A stretch of 63,288 nt of DNA, filler included, from Octopus bimaculoides (lineage: Eukaryota): the NCBI RefSeq assembly GCF_001194135.2. It is 8 parts of 7 records of this genome, joined end to end, with 100 filler letters (N's around TTAATTAATTAA, not from the genome) between each part and the next. Parts side by side here need not be neighbours in the genome. Positions count along the whole stretch, not along the records: positions 38,551 to 55,518 come from NC_068983.1; positions 55,619 to 63,288 come from NC_068996.1; 6 more parts are not named here. One strand, written 5' to 3'. This document shows, in pieces, positions 53,647 through 63,288 of this stretch (position 1 is the stretch's first letter; the number at the start of each line of letters is the position of its first letter). The position numbers were made by a program, and so were the translations under genes. Below the pieces are notes generated by a model, which saw nothing but the letters and a program-made list of their open reading frames with translations, was not told where the DNA came from and did not search any database.

Positions 53647-54169
53647 GCACTCCGTCGGTTAGGACGACGAGTGGTTCCAGTTGATCCGATCAACGCAACA
53701 GCCAAATCGCGAAACTAACTTGTAAGTAGCTGAGCGCGCCGCAGACACTCGTAGCGTAAATGTAGTTTTCAGGGAGATCTCATCGTGGCACACCGAATGT
53801 GTCAAAGCTGGCCCTTTTGAATTACAGGTACAACTTATCTTTGACTGCTGAGTGAACTAGAGCCACAAGAAATAACTAGTACTCCATCGGTTACGACCAC
53901 GACGGATCCATTTGATCCGATCAATGGAACAGCCAGCTCGTAAAATTTGCGAGCAAATGACGTAGTTTTCAGGAAGTTTCAGTGTGAAACAGAATGTGAT
54001 CAGGCTGACCCCTTGAAATACAGGTACTACTCATTTTTGCCAGCTGAGTGGACTGCAGCAACGGGAAATAAAGTATCTTGTTTAAGGGCACAACGCGCCG
54101 CCTGGAATCAAACTCACGGCCTTACACCACCGTGAACCGAACACCCTGACCTCTAAGCCACGCGCCTTC
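53647..54169 (-). mobile_element. Two tandem SINE family A copies (one full length, one 5'-truncated)
   Basis: Both are reverse complements of 16281-16586. Confidence 0.85.
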
Positions 54170-54201
54170 ACCTGTATGCATTTGCGTGAGCAGTAAAAGA
54201 G

Positions 54202-54236
<35 letters not shown>

Positions 54237-54550
54237 NNNNNNNNNNNNNNNNNNNNNNNNNNNNNNNNNNNNNNNNNNNNNNNNNNNNNNNNNNNNNNNN
54301 NNNNNNNNNNNNNNNNNNNNNNNNNNNNNNNNNNNNNNNNNNNNNNNNNNNNNNNNNNNNNNNNNNNNNNNNNNNNNNNNNNNNNNNNNNNNNNNNNNNN
54401 NNNNNNNNNNNNNNNNNNNNNNNNNNNNNNNNNNNNNNNNNNNNNNNNNNNNNNNNNNNNNNNNNNNNNNNNNNNNNNNNNNNNNNNNNNNNNNNNNNNN
54501 NNNNNNATATATTCATAACATATACATGTGTATGTCTAGCAACCCCATAG

Positions 54551-54619
<69 letters not shown>

Positions 54620-55467
54620 TTCACACTAAGACAATGCTATCATCTCCGCTGGAAAGTGACTCATATAATTAGTATTGTCTGCTATCTAAACATATATTTA
54701 AATTTCATATAAAAGTTGTTTTTTTTTCGTTTTTTTCACTTTTCGTTTGCAGATTCATAAACCTATAGAAATTAACACTTTAATAAAATAATCTATTTTT
54801 CTCGAACGTTCGTCCCTATCCCACACTCGCATCCGTAGAAATATTGCCATGATTTACGAGTTGACGGAAAGCATATATTTAATGAAAGCAGGGTTTGCTA
54901 TGGTACATTGAAAATATCGATCGCCTAGAGACGGTACAATTAAATTTACACACACACACACATACATACACACACACACATAGATACACACACATGTCAT
55001 ACACGTCATGCAGTCTTGCGATTATGAATACATGAAAAGTAGATAAATTTGTTAAAAAATTTAGACCGAAAAGAAGAATATACACAAGTGTTTTATCTGT
55101 TGCTTGTTTCACTCATTGAACAGCTGCCATTCTGGAGCACCGCTTTTGAAGAGTTTAAACCATTATATCGGACCTGGTACTTACTTTTATGTAAAAGGCT
55201 TGTACTTATTCAATCAGCCCTTTTTGCCGAATCGCTAAGGCACGGGAACGTCAAGAAACCAGCACCAGTTGTGAAACGATGGGAGACAACAAACCCACAT
55301 GCACACACACACAAATACATAGATACATATATATGCATACACACACACACACACACATACACACACACATACTTTCAATCATCCTTTTTACCATTTAATC
55401 CATACGCACACTCTAAATTACCAACTTGGACACTCTCACATATACATACGCTAACACACACACACAC

Positions 55468-55518
<51 letters not shown>

Positions 55519-56263
55519 NNNNNNNNNNNNNNNNNNNNNNNNNNNNNNNNNNNNNNNNNNNNTTAATTAATTAANNNNNNNNNNNNNNNNNNNNNNNNNN
55601 NNNNNNNNNNNNNNNNNNGCTGGGGTGGGGGCAGAAGTCTTGCCGATGTCAAATATTTTTTGCTCAACGTTCATACATACACACATACATGCTGTCTTTC
55701 TCATGCTATCCACTCCGACACATTTCTGAGTTTATTCTAGCAGAATGTTTTTCTCGAGCCTTTTCGCATCCGGCAAAAAGCTCCTTACGTGCTTTTGTCA
55801 TGCGTTTCTTCGCTGGTTTGTAGGACGCACAAACCACATCTTATTAAAGCATTTTTCTTTGCATCACATAGCGTTCCATGCATTTTCTTCCCTGGATGTC
55901 TGATCAAAACAAGTTTCTTGCATGTTCGAACTTTCGTTTGCCTTTATGGCTTGACTCGCTTCGCTAGTCACTGTTTTGCAGGCAAATTCTTGGCATTATT
56001 CATTCTCACAGCAGCCAATATTCATCTCTCATTTACCTTGATTTTTCGCATTCATGTGATTTCCACTTAGTTGGACGTAGGTCTATCACGTTTGCACATC
56101 AAGTTTTGCTGGCTACACGACTATGTTCACTTCTTCGCTACAGAAATGTCTTCCTTTTATCGTCTATTTTGTTTCCCACAAAATGACTTGTGGGGTAGGG
56201 GCTGTCTGTAGCGAACTCCAGTGAACTTCCTCTCTCTTTTATATATATATACATATGTAGCGT

Positions 56264-56332
<69 letters not shown>

Positions 56333-56335
<3 letters not shown>

Positions 56336-57231
56336 TATATATACACGAGTGCGGACGTAGTGGTTAACAGCTAGCCTTCGGCCTCACTTTTGGACCCTGT
56401 TGTGTCCACCACTGATTGGTTGGTATTGGCGCATTTTTGTCTCCTGTTTTATTTTGCGTCAGGGTGCAACCAATTACCGCCTTCAGATAAGGTCGCGTGG
56501 GACAGTCTTTCCGAATCCCTGTTTGAGCCGATAGTATCTTATAAATAGGTAGCTTTTCACCGTCAAGTCAGTCAGTCTGGCTCTAGACCTTCTGAGGTCT
56601 AGCCGCTGACTAGAGCACACAGCCAGTTCCAGCGACGACACGACACAGTCTCATGGAGAACAACACTTCGTTCAACAGCATTCAGGATACTCCATCTTCG
56701 TCGCCACCATCATCTTCTTGATTACACCAACGTCTCTACGTACATACCACCAACAGCGCTCGCATAGGTTCTCACCTCACTGTTTGTGAATTGCCTCACC
56801 ATGGTTAACAGCGAATGCAACCTTCGAAAACCCCTGTACCAAGTAACCGACCGCATCATTGAAGCCTCAACTTCTCGTGCGACAGTATCTTTTCTCGGTT
56901 CTGCATTGCCGCCATAACTTCTTGTTACAGCATCTCAACTACTGTGTACCTTGAATACGAACTGGTATTTTCCATACTTGTGTCTGGACGTTCTTCTAAC
57001 GTCCTTATAGACTCTTTTCTATGCTCTGTATTTTTCGCACACACACGCATCCATGTTTGTATAAACATACACCTTGTTTACATGGCGGCCTATCTATTAT
57101 TGTATTTATTATGTCGCACTCACACATGTACAGACATACATGTTGACATATCAATAAAATCTTCTCTTAAACCTTCTCTTAAACCTTCTCTTAAACCTTC
57201 TACCGGTTGTGTCACTCTTTTCCTTTTGGCA
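56333..57231 (+). mobile_element. LTR-like unit, copy 1
   Basis: TG...CA ends; CCAAT, TATAAAT and later AATAAA in LTR order. Homologous to about 57305-57799. Start resembles 36609. No TSD found. Confidence 0.55.
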
Positions 57232-57304
57232 TTTATACTCATTTAACCTCTTTTCGTGTTTGCTATTTGTATCGACCGTGCGATGTGCTAAAGGAGCTAT
57301 TCCT

Positions 57305-57799
57305 TGTCACCATCTCCTGATCGCACGGTCCTTACACATACATTCGAACGTAGCAGATAACAGCTAACTTTTCGGCGCTATTTGGACCCTGTTGTGTCCA
57401 CATCTCTGGTTGGTGTTGGCGCAATTTGTCTCTCACTCTATCGCGCTAATAAGCAACCCAGCCAATCGAAGTCCCTAAATAAGATCACGTGAGATAGTCT
57501 GTTCTAAACTCCAATTTGAGCCTACTGTGACTTATAAAAACTCACCTTCTCCGTCCAACAGCATCACAGCAACCTTCATCTTCGTCGCCACCATCATGTC
57601 TCTCACCAACGTCGCCAACAACGTCTCTACATACACACAGTACCAGCAACACTGCACAGGTTCTAACATAGCGCTGTTCGTGAGCTACCTCACCATGGTT
57701 AACAGCAAACATACAACCCACTCAGATGCATTTAAATATATCAATAAATCTTTTATAAGACTTCTACTCGGTTGTGTCTCTTCTCTTTTCCAACTGGCA
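57305..57799 (+). mobile_element. LTR-like unit, diverged and internally deleted copy 2
   Basis: Shares TTTGGACCCTGTTGTGTCCAC, CATCTTCGTCGCCACCATCAT, CCTCACCATGGTTAACAGC and the AATAAA...GGCA end with copy 1. The 5' boundary is approximate. Confidence 0.55.
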
Positions 57800-59479
57800 C
57801 ATTATATGTATTATTTCAGCCTTCTCATATGAGTCGTTAATAGATGGTCACACTACACACATCACCTCGACCAGCTATCATACCATTTGGCTTGCATAAG
57901 TATTCTTTTGTCGTTATTATCATCAGAAATACAATTTGTTACTGCTCAGTGGAAATCAACGGTTATGGTTCACAAAATACTTTATAAAGAAAAAATACAA
58001 CTTAAAATGTTGACTGCAGAAGTTGAGCTCTGTCCTCAGTCATCACTATTTTTCTTCAGACACAACTGCCTACTTTTCCTTGCCAAAATGTGCTATGGTG
58101 ATGTTCATGAAGGACTTGGATTCGTCTTGCTGTTACCTGACGTAACTTTGTAAGTGAGCAATGTTCAGTCACTGAACGAGTGTAGGAAGAATCTGAAAGA
58201 CACCTCCGCCTCAGAACTGTTCAACATAATCCTCAACGTAGTCCAGAGTACCAACCGGAATATCATCGTTCTTGCTCACCTTTGACCCTCTATAGACTTC
58301 GAGGGTTAATATTCCACAGACCGCAGGAGGCAGAGTTGTATTTGGTATCGATGAGTAAGTCTGCTGGCCGTTTTCGGTGTAACAAAAACCCTAACCACCG
58401 GGTGTGCATATTCTTTACCTTTACCAGTCTGCTTATCGGACGAATATGTGGTGGTGGTGATGGTGGTGACATGTTATTGTTAATGTTCTTGTCGTCGTCG
58501 TAGATGTTGTATTTGCTGATTTGGTATTGTCATCTTGTCGTCGTTGTTTATCCTCAGGTCAACAGTTTTCAAGCAAAATCGTGATCAAAAGGTTTTCCAA
58601 ATTATGACCGTTCCTTGTTTCGAGAGTTATCTGGACTTCATTACGTAATGTGTTCTGCCATTATTTAAGGTAGTTATTAGCAAGCCGGTCTAAATGCTTA
58701 GCGGTATTTCTTTCGGCTTTTTTCGTTCTGTGTTTAAATCCCACCAAGGTCGACTTTCCCTTTCACCCTCTTGGGATCAATAAAATAAGTAGTAATTGAG
58801 CACTGGGGTCGATATAATCAACTAGCACCTCCTGCCAATTTTCAGGCTTTGTGCCTATAGTAGAAAGAATTAGCAGTTATTTCTAACAGGCTAAACGACC
58901 ATATGAAGATACAATGGTACGTACAATCAAGTTAGAGAATTAGTTCCTTCGTTAGAGAGAAAAAAACTACAGACAAAAACTATTTCCATTTATTGACAAC
59001 CATACAACTTAGGTATGAACCAATTAAGGAGCCGCTAGACTGCTGCCAGACCTGTTAGAAATAGCAGCCAAATTATAGGTCGGCTGGATTTAAATTAACC
59101 TGGGATTATACTTGTAGTGGTTAAATGTGTATCATGGTGAACAGAAGTAAAAGGAATGTGTATGCCTTTGAAGTAAACAAAAGAGTGAATCGATTCATAG
59201 TTAAAATAATTTATTCACTGGGCTTAATTTGTTGTTGGTACACATAATTCTTCACTACATGCAAAATGTTGACAACTGCTACGAGTTGCTAGAAATAGAA
59301 ACAGGGTACATCTGTGGAAATGATATGTTAGAAATGAATGTGCGTGTGCGTGTGCGTGTGCGTGTGCGTGTGCGTGTGTGTGTGTGTGTGTACGAAGCTC
59401 ATCTGAGACAGTAGTCTACCGTGGAACTTCGAACATTGCTCTGGGTCTCTGCGAAAAGCTGTCGTGTCGTAGACCTTTC

Positions 59480-60600
59480 TGGTATGCCTGCTAAGCCTTT
59501 TTTTTGTCTGTCTGTTGACCACCGTATTTATAATAATCGTGGCAGCTAGAAGGACAGACATACTGCAGCAGAGTTTGTACCTAAATACGTCAGCTCCTGT
59601 CCATTTGAACTTCGCCTGACATAGCTGAGTATTTAGTGGGCAAGACAGACCGTAGGGGTCTACCACAGACGTCAACTTTCACTCTGAGTGCGATGGAGAT
59701 GCGGAGTTCATCTAGACAAAGTAGACCTCTAATATTGGCCACAGGCAAGGCATCAATCCAGTCTCCTGAAAATTTTGTACTAGTTGAAAGTAAGCGACAT
59801 CTTGAAAATTGATCAGATTGATGAAGGAGAGCGTTGAAAGTGGTACATGAACGCAGATTGTCCCATCTCACCATTTCCGTCTATTCTCCACTGTAACTGG
59901 AACTGACATACCCAGCTCTCTCCACTGTGATAGAGCTTCATTCATCACCCTGTTGGAATTAGTCCATGTGGGAGAGGAGAGGATGCTGCCTACCAAAGGG
60001 GAGCAATCGTGGATGGAGGAAAGAAAACAGGGAAGTGATAAAGACGAGCACTTGCGCAGACCTAGACTACCAAACCGTTTGGGCAAAACAGTTTGGCCGC
60101 GGGAGTTTGGGGAGAGTTTGACATTGACCAAGCATTCGAGTTTCCTGAGGATTATGTCATCAAAGTATTGGAGGGACAACAGGAATCTATATGAGGGACT
60201 AACTCTCAGAAAATACAAAAGCTTAGGAATTGACAAGTAATTCCTAAGTATAAAAAAACCTTGGTGGGACTCAGTTTACTCAAGGTTTTATAAAAGCTGT
60301 TCGAGGTTAGCTATTTTGGATCTTAAGACGGACTCGAAAGCTAAGTCAGTAATTGCGACTCCAAGGAAGCACCACGCTGATGAAGGAGAAATCGTGATTG
60401 AGGGGAGTCAACAAATAGTTCAGTAGTCTGCTCATGCAAAGCTGAGTGGTTGAGGAACCAAACCTCTCGCATTCCAAATGACTCAAACTGGAAAATCGGC
60501 GTTAAAAAACTCCAGCATTTGAATTTTTCAATGGAAATAATTTTGTGCACAATATGTAGTAGAAATTGAGACGACTGAGCATCAACATTCATTCAGGATT
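59480..60600 (-). mobile_element. CRE-clade-like non-LTR retrotransposon fragment (RT thumb to Zn finger), pseudogenised
   Basis: HQGFFILRNYLSIPKLLYFLRVSP, LPKRFGSLGLR, SGDWIDALP and ELRISIALR motifs, interrupted by stops and frameshifts. Confidence 0.75.
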
Positions 60601-60770
60601 TGTGGAAGGTTCGTTGTTTGAAAGTGTACTTGAGCTTCACTATATGCACAGTAGTTAATCATTGTGTAAGATGGCTGTCGAGCGCGAATAGTTATTACGA
60701 GGTGCGTACGAAGTCGTCAGTTTTTGTGGTGGTTCGGTCAGGATCACCGTTTTTTGTTTGAAGGTCTAGG

Positions 60771-60830
60771 GCCTTGGTTCCCAAACTGGGGTCTGCGAAG
60801 CGATTTTAGGGAGTCCACAAAAGGGTCACC
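60771..60830 (+). mobile_element. hAT (Charlie-like) terminal fragment
   Basis: TGGTTCCCAAACTGGGGTCTGCG resembles a hAT TIR. No partner end was found. Confidence 0.4.
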
Positions 60831-61048
60831 AATTTTCAGATTTTGTATATCCAAACACTAGGTCTTCCGATTTTAGCTGAAACTGGAACCATTGAACATG
60901 CACGCACTACACAGAACCCCTAATTTATGTATCAAAAAAAAAACTTACAGATAGAATGCATTTAAGGCAACGCACACAGGGCGTACACGCATGTACTTGA
61001 ATGCAGGCGTCTCTCTGCGGCTTTATCGATCGGTACAAGTCTAAACAG

Positions 61049-61676
61049 TACATTATTTACATTTGACGAATATTTGTCCTCATCTTGTTTGTTGTCAACA
61101 CAACGTTCCGGCTGATATACCCTCTAGCCTTCATCAGGTGTCTTGGAGAAATTTCGAACCTGGGTTCTCATTCCCAAAGTATTTTTCGATGTTGTTGTGT
61201 TTATTATTATTCAGCTCACTACCTGGAATCGAACTCGGAATCCTGGGGTTATGCCATATGCCCGTGGATAATTATGAAGTAAATTTTAGGGCTTATAAAT
61301 CTAATATTTTCTTATCCTTCCTTAATACCGGTTCCCATATGCTATTCATATCTGCACTCGGTCAGCTTAGGAGGTTGTTGTGTCCTAGCATATGTGCTGC
61401 TTCTTTTAGTTTCCGCATTTTCCAGTGGTGTTCTCTTCTATTGATGGTTTTACTCGAAGGACATATTTACGAAGTGTTGTATTACTCTTGAATACTGACC
61501 TGATGTCATATGGGCCGCATATCTTTTGTATCTTTTCGGAGAGGTCTTTCACATAGAGTAGACAGNNNNNNNNNNATCTTTTCGGAGAGGTCTTTCACAT
61601 AGAGTAGACAGACTGTGGACAGTTTATTGGTTTCATCCTCTCTTTTCTTCATAATTGGAGTGGATAGTATGTTTTG
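61049..61676 (-). mobile_element. Inverted partial copy of the same PLE 3' end, joined head-to-head to the plus-strand copy
   Basis: Reverse complement matches about 62348-63110. It carries internal deletions removing the endonuclease segment and part of the tRNA-like segment. Confidence 0.93.
61097..61142 (-). ncRNA. Hammerhead motif (family E) with core mutation GAAAC>GGAAC, probably inactive
   Basis: gacac-CTGATGA-a-ggct..agcc-GGAAC-GT-T-gtgtt. Confidence 0.5.
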
Positions 61677-62904
61677 AATCCAACTATATGGTGAGTCTAG
61701 ATGTGATAAGTCTGTTCACCAAAGTCCCAACTGGTAAAGCACTATCGGTGATTCAAGAAAAACTAGTGACAGACACCCGTCTAAAAGAACGCACTAGTAT
61801 ACCAATAAGAAACTTGATGGAAATGTTGACCTTCTGTGTAGAAACTACCTACTTCAGTATGGACACTGATATATATCGACAAGAAGAGGATCTAGCTATG
61901 GGTGCACCATTATCACCGATAATAGCCAATATATACATGGAATACTTTGAAAATTTGGCTTTAGGATCAACACCACTAAAACCAACCCTATGGCTGCGAT
62001 ATGTTGATGACACCTTTATACTCTGGCCCCACCAGGAAGATGTCCAAGTGCTGTTAGATCCTGTGAACTCAATAAAGCCATCCATACAGTTCACAATGGA
62101 AAAGGGAAAAGACAATCAGCTAGCATTCCTAGACGTATTAATAACACGCACCCAGTATGGATTCAGGACATCCGTATACCGCAAGCTGACCTTCACTGGA
62201 CGATACTTCAACTTCAATTCCCACCATCCATACAGTGTAAAGAGAGAGATTGTTCAGTGCTTAAAACATCGAGCAATGAATATAAGGAGCGATCGTGATA
62301 CCCACCACGTACAAAGCTCAGAAACAGTCTATTAAGCAACAACTACCCCAAAAACATACTACTCACTCCAATTATGAAGAAAAGAGAGGATGAAACCAAT
62401 AAACTGTCCACAGTCTGTCTACCCTATGTGAAAGGTCTCTCCGAAAAGATACAAAAGATATGCGACCCATATGACATCAGGACAGTATTCAAGAGTAATA
62501 CAACACTTCGCAAATATCTCCTTCGAGTAAAACCACCAATAGAAGAGAATATGACAAAAGACTGCGTGCACTCCATCCCATGCAGCTGTAGTAGGTTATA
62601 CAAAGGTGAAACATGTCGCCCCCTCAAAATAAGGATAGACGAACATCGCAAAGCTATGTGACACGATGAGATATTGATAAATCGGGTATAGCCGATCATA
62701 TATGAAAAAATGGAGACCACCTCCCCCTTTGGGATGAAGTTAAAAAATAGAGATCACCACTAGAAAATACGGAAACTAAAAGAAGCAGCACATATGCTAG
62801 GAGACAACAACCTCCTAAGCAGACCGAGTGCAGATATGAGTATTAAGGAAGGACAAGAAAATATTAGATTTATAAGCTCTAAAATTCACACCATAATTGC
62901 CCAC

Positions 62905-62977
62905 GGGCATATGGCGTAGTGGTTAAGAGCGCGGGCTACTAACCCCAAGATTCCGAGTTCGATTCCAAGTAGTGACC
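62905..62977 (+). other. tRNA-derived (tRNA-Arg(ACG)-like) segment with Pol III A and B boxes inside the PLE pseudo-LTR; not a functional tRNA
   Basis: 73 nt; A box TGGCGTAGTGG at 62912-62922 and B box GAGTTCGATTCC at 62955-62966. Acceptor and anticodon stems are decayed. The same segment occurs at 24889-24950, and a deleted form at about 61213-61266 (minus). Confidence 0.75.
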
Positions 62978-63013
62978 TGAATAATTACAACCCAGCTTCG
63001 AAATTTCCCCCAA

Positions 63014-63059
63014 GACACCTGATGAAGGCTCGAGGGTGCATCAGCCGAAACGTTGTATT
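63014..63059 (+). ncRNA. Minimal type I hammerhead ribozyme motif in PLE pseudo-LTR (family E)
   Basis: gacac-CTGATGA-a-ggct..agcc-GAAAC-GT-T-gtatt. Stem III is the palindrome AACGTT with no loop. One mismatch in stem I. Confidence 0.7.
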
Positions 63060-63288
63060 AACAACAAAAAAGATGAGGACAAATATCCATCAAATGTAAA
63101 TAATGTACATAATTCCTCATCTCTTAAATATAGAAGTGTAAGTCTAAACAGGATTGAAAATTGGCGGTATAACAGCCCAGAATATATCCCTGCCCAGAAT
63201 ATATCCCTGCCCAGACAACCAAACCAGAATATACCCCATGCTTCCGGACAAATAACACAGATGTACCTCACTTATAAAGTTGCCTCAG

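Larger units (their letters stand above)
61677..63139 (+). mobile_element. 5'-truncated Penelope-like element (Penelope/Poseidon type): RT + GIY-YIG endonuclease pseudogene + 3' pseudo-LTR
   Basis: RT motifs SLDVISLFTKVP, MGAPLSPIIANIYME and WLRYVDD (ORF 61655-62335). A frameshift leads to NNYP...LPYVKGLSEKI and the GIY-YIG-like CVHSIPCSCSRLYKGETCRPLKIRIDEHRK (ORF 62374-62661). Further frameshifts and stops follow. Confidence 0.95.

Noticed and set aside
61530-61611. 36-bp direct duplication across a 10-N gap
   Set aside because: Typical unmerged contig overlap.
62905-62977. tRNA gene (apparent anticodon ACT)
   Set aside because: Acceptor and anticodon stems are broken, and it is embedded in a retroelement. 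The same applies to the tRNA-like heads at about 7640, 10110-10180 and 23975-24030.

Overview
Eukaryotic, gene-poor, AT-rich scaffold with many N gaps and dense microsatellites. The SINE repertoire suggests an octopus (coleoid cephalopod); this is inference. There is one convincing host ORF (50785-52062, minus strand, 425 aa). Its N-terminal coiled coil resembles the vertebrate INSYN1/PRR16(Largen) family. Almost everything else is decayed mobile DNA: several tRNA-derived SINE families, Penelope-like element (PLE) remnants, R4/Dong-, CRE-, CR1-, L1/Tx1- and Gypsy-like fragments, a rosa-type Tc1/mariner split by a solo LTR, and pogo/Tigger and piggyBac-type MITEs. The most striking signal is a set of about 11 hand-folded minimal type I hammerhead ribozyme (HHR) motifs in four repeat families, plus two decayed ones. 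They include a 207-bp tandem unit with a canonical core and stem I covariation (retrozyme-like), an A6U core variant family, an 81-bp-arm palindrome made of two HHR motifs, and a PLE terminal repeat that couples a tRNA-like Pol III promoter to an HHR. Two head-to-head PLE insertions each have a 12-bp target duplication, and both sites contain AGTCTAAACAG. All homologies are from memory and all folds were done by hand; none was checked by search or software.
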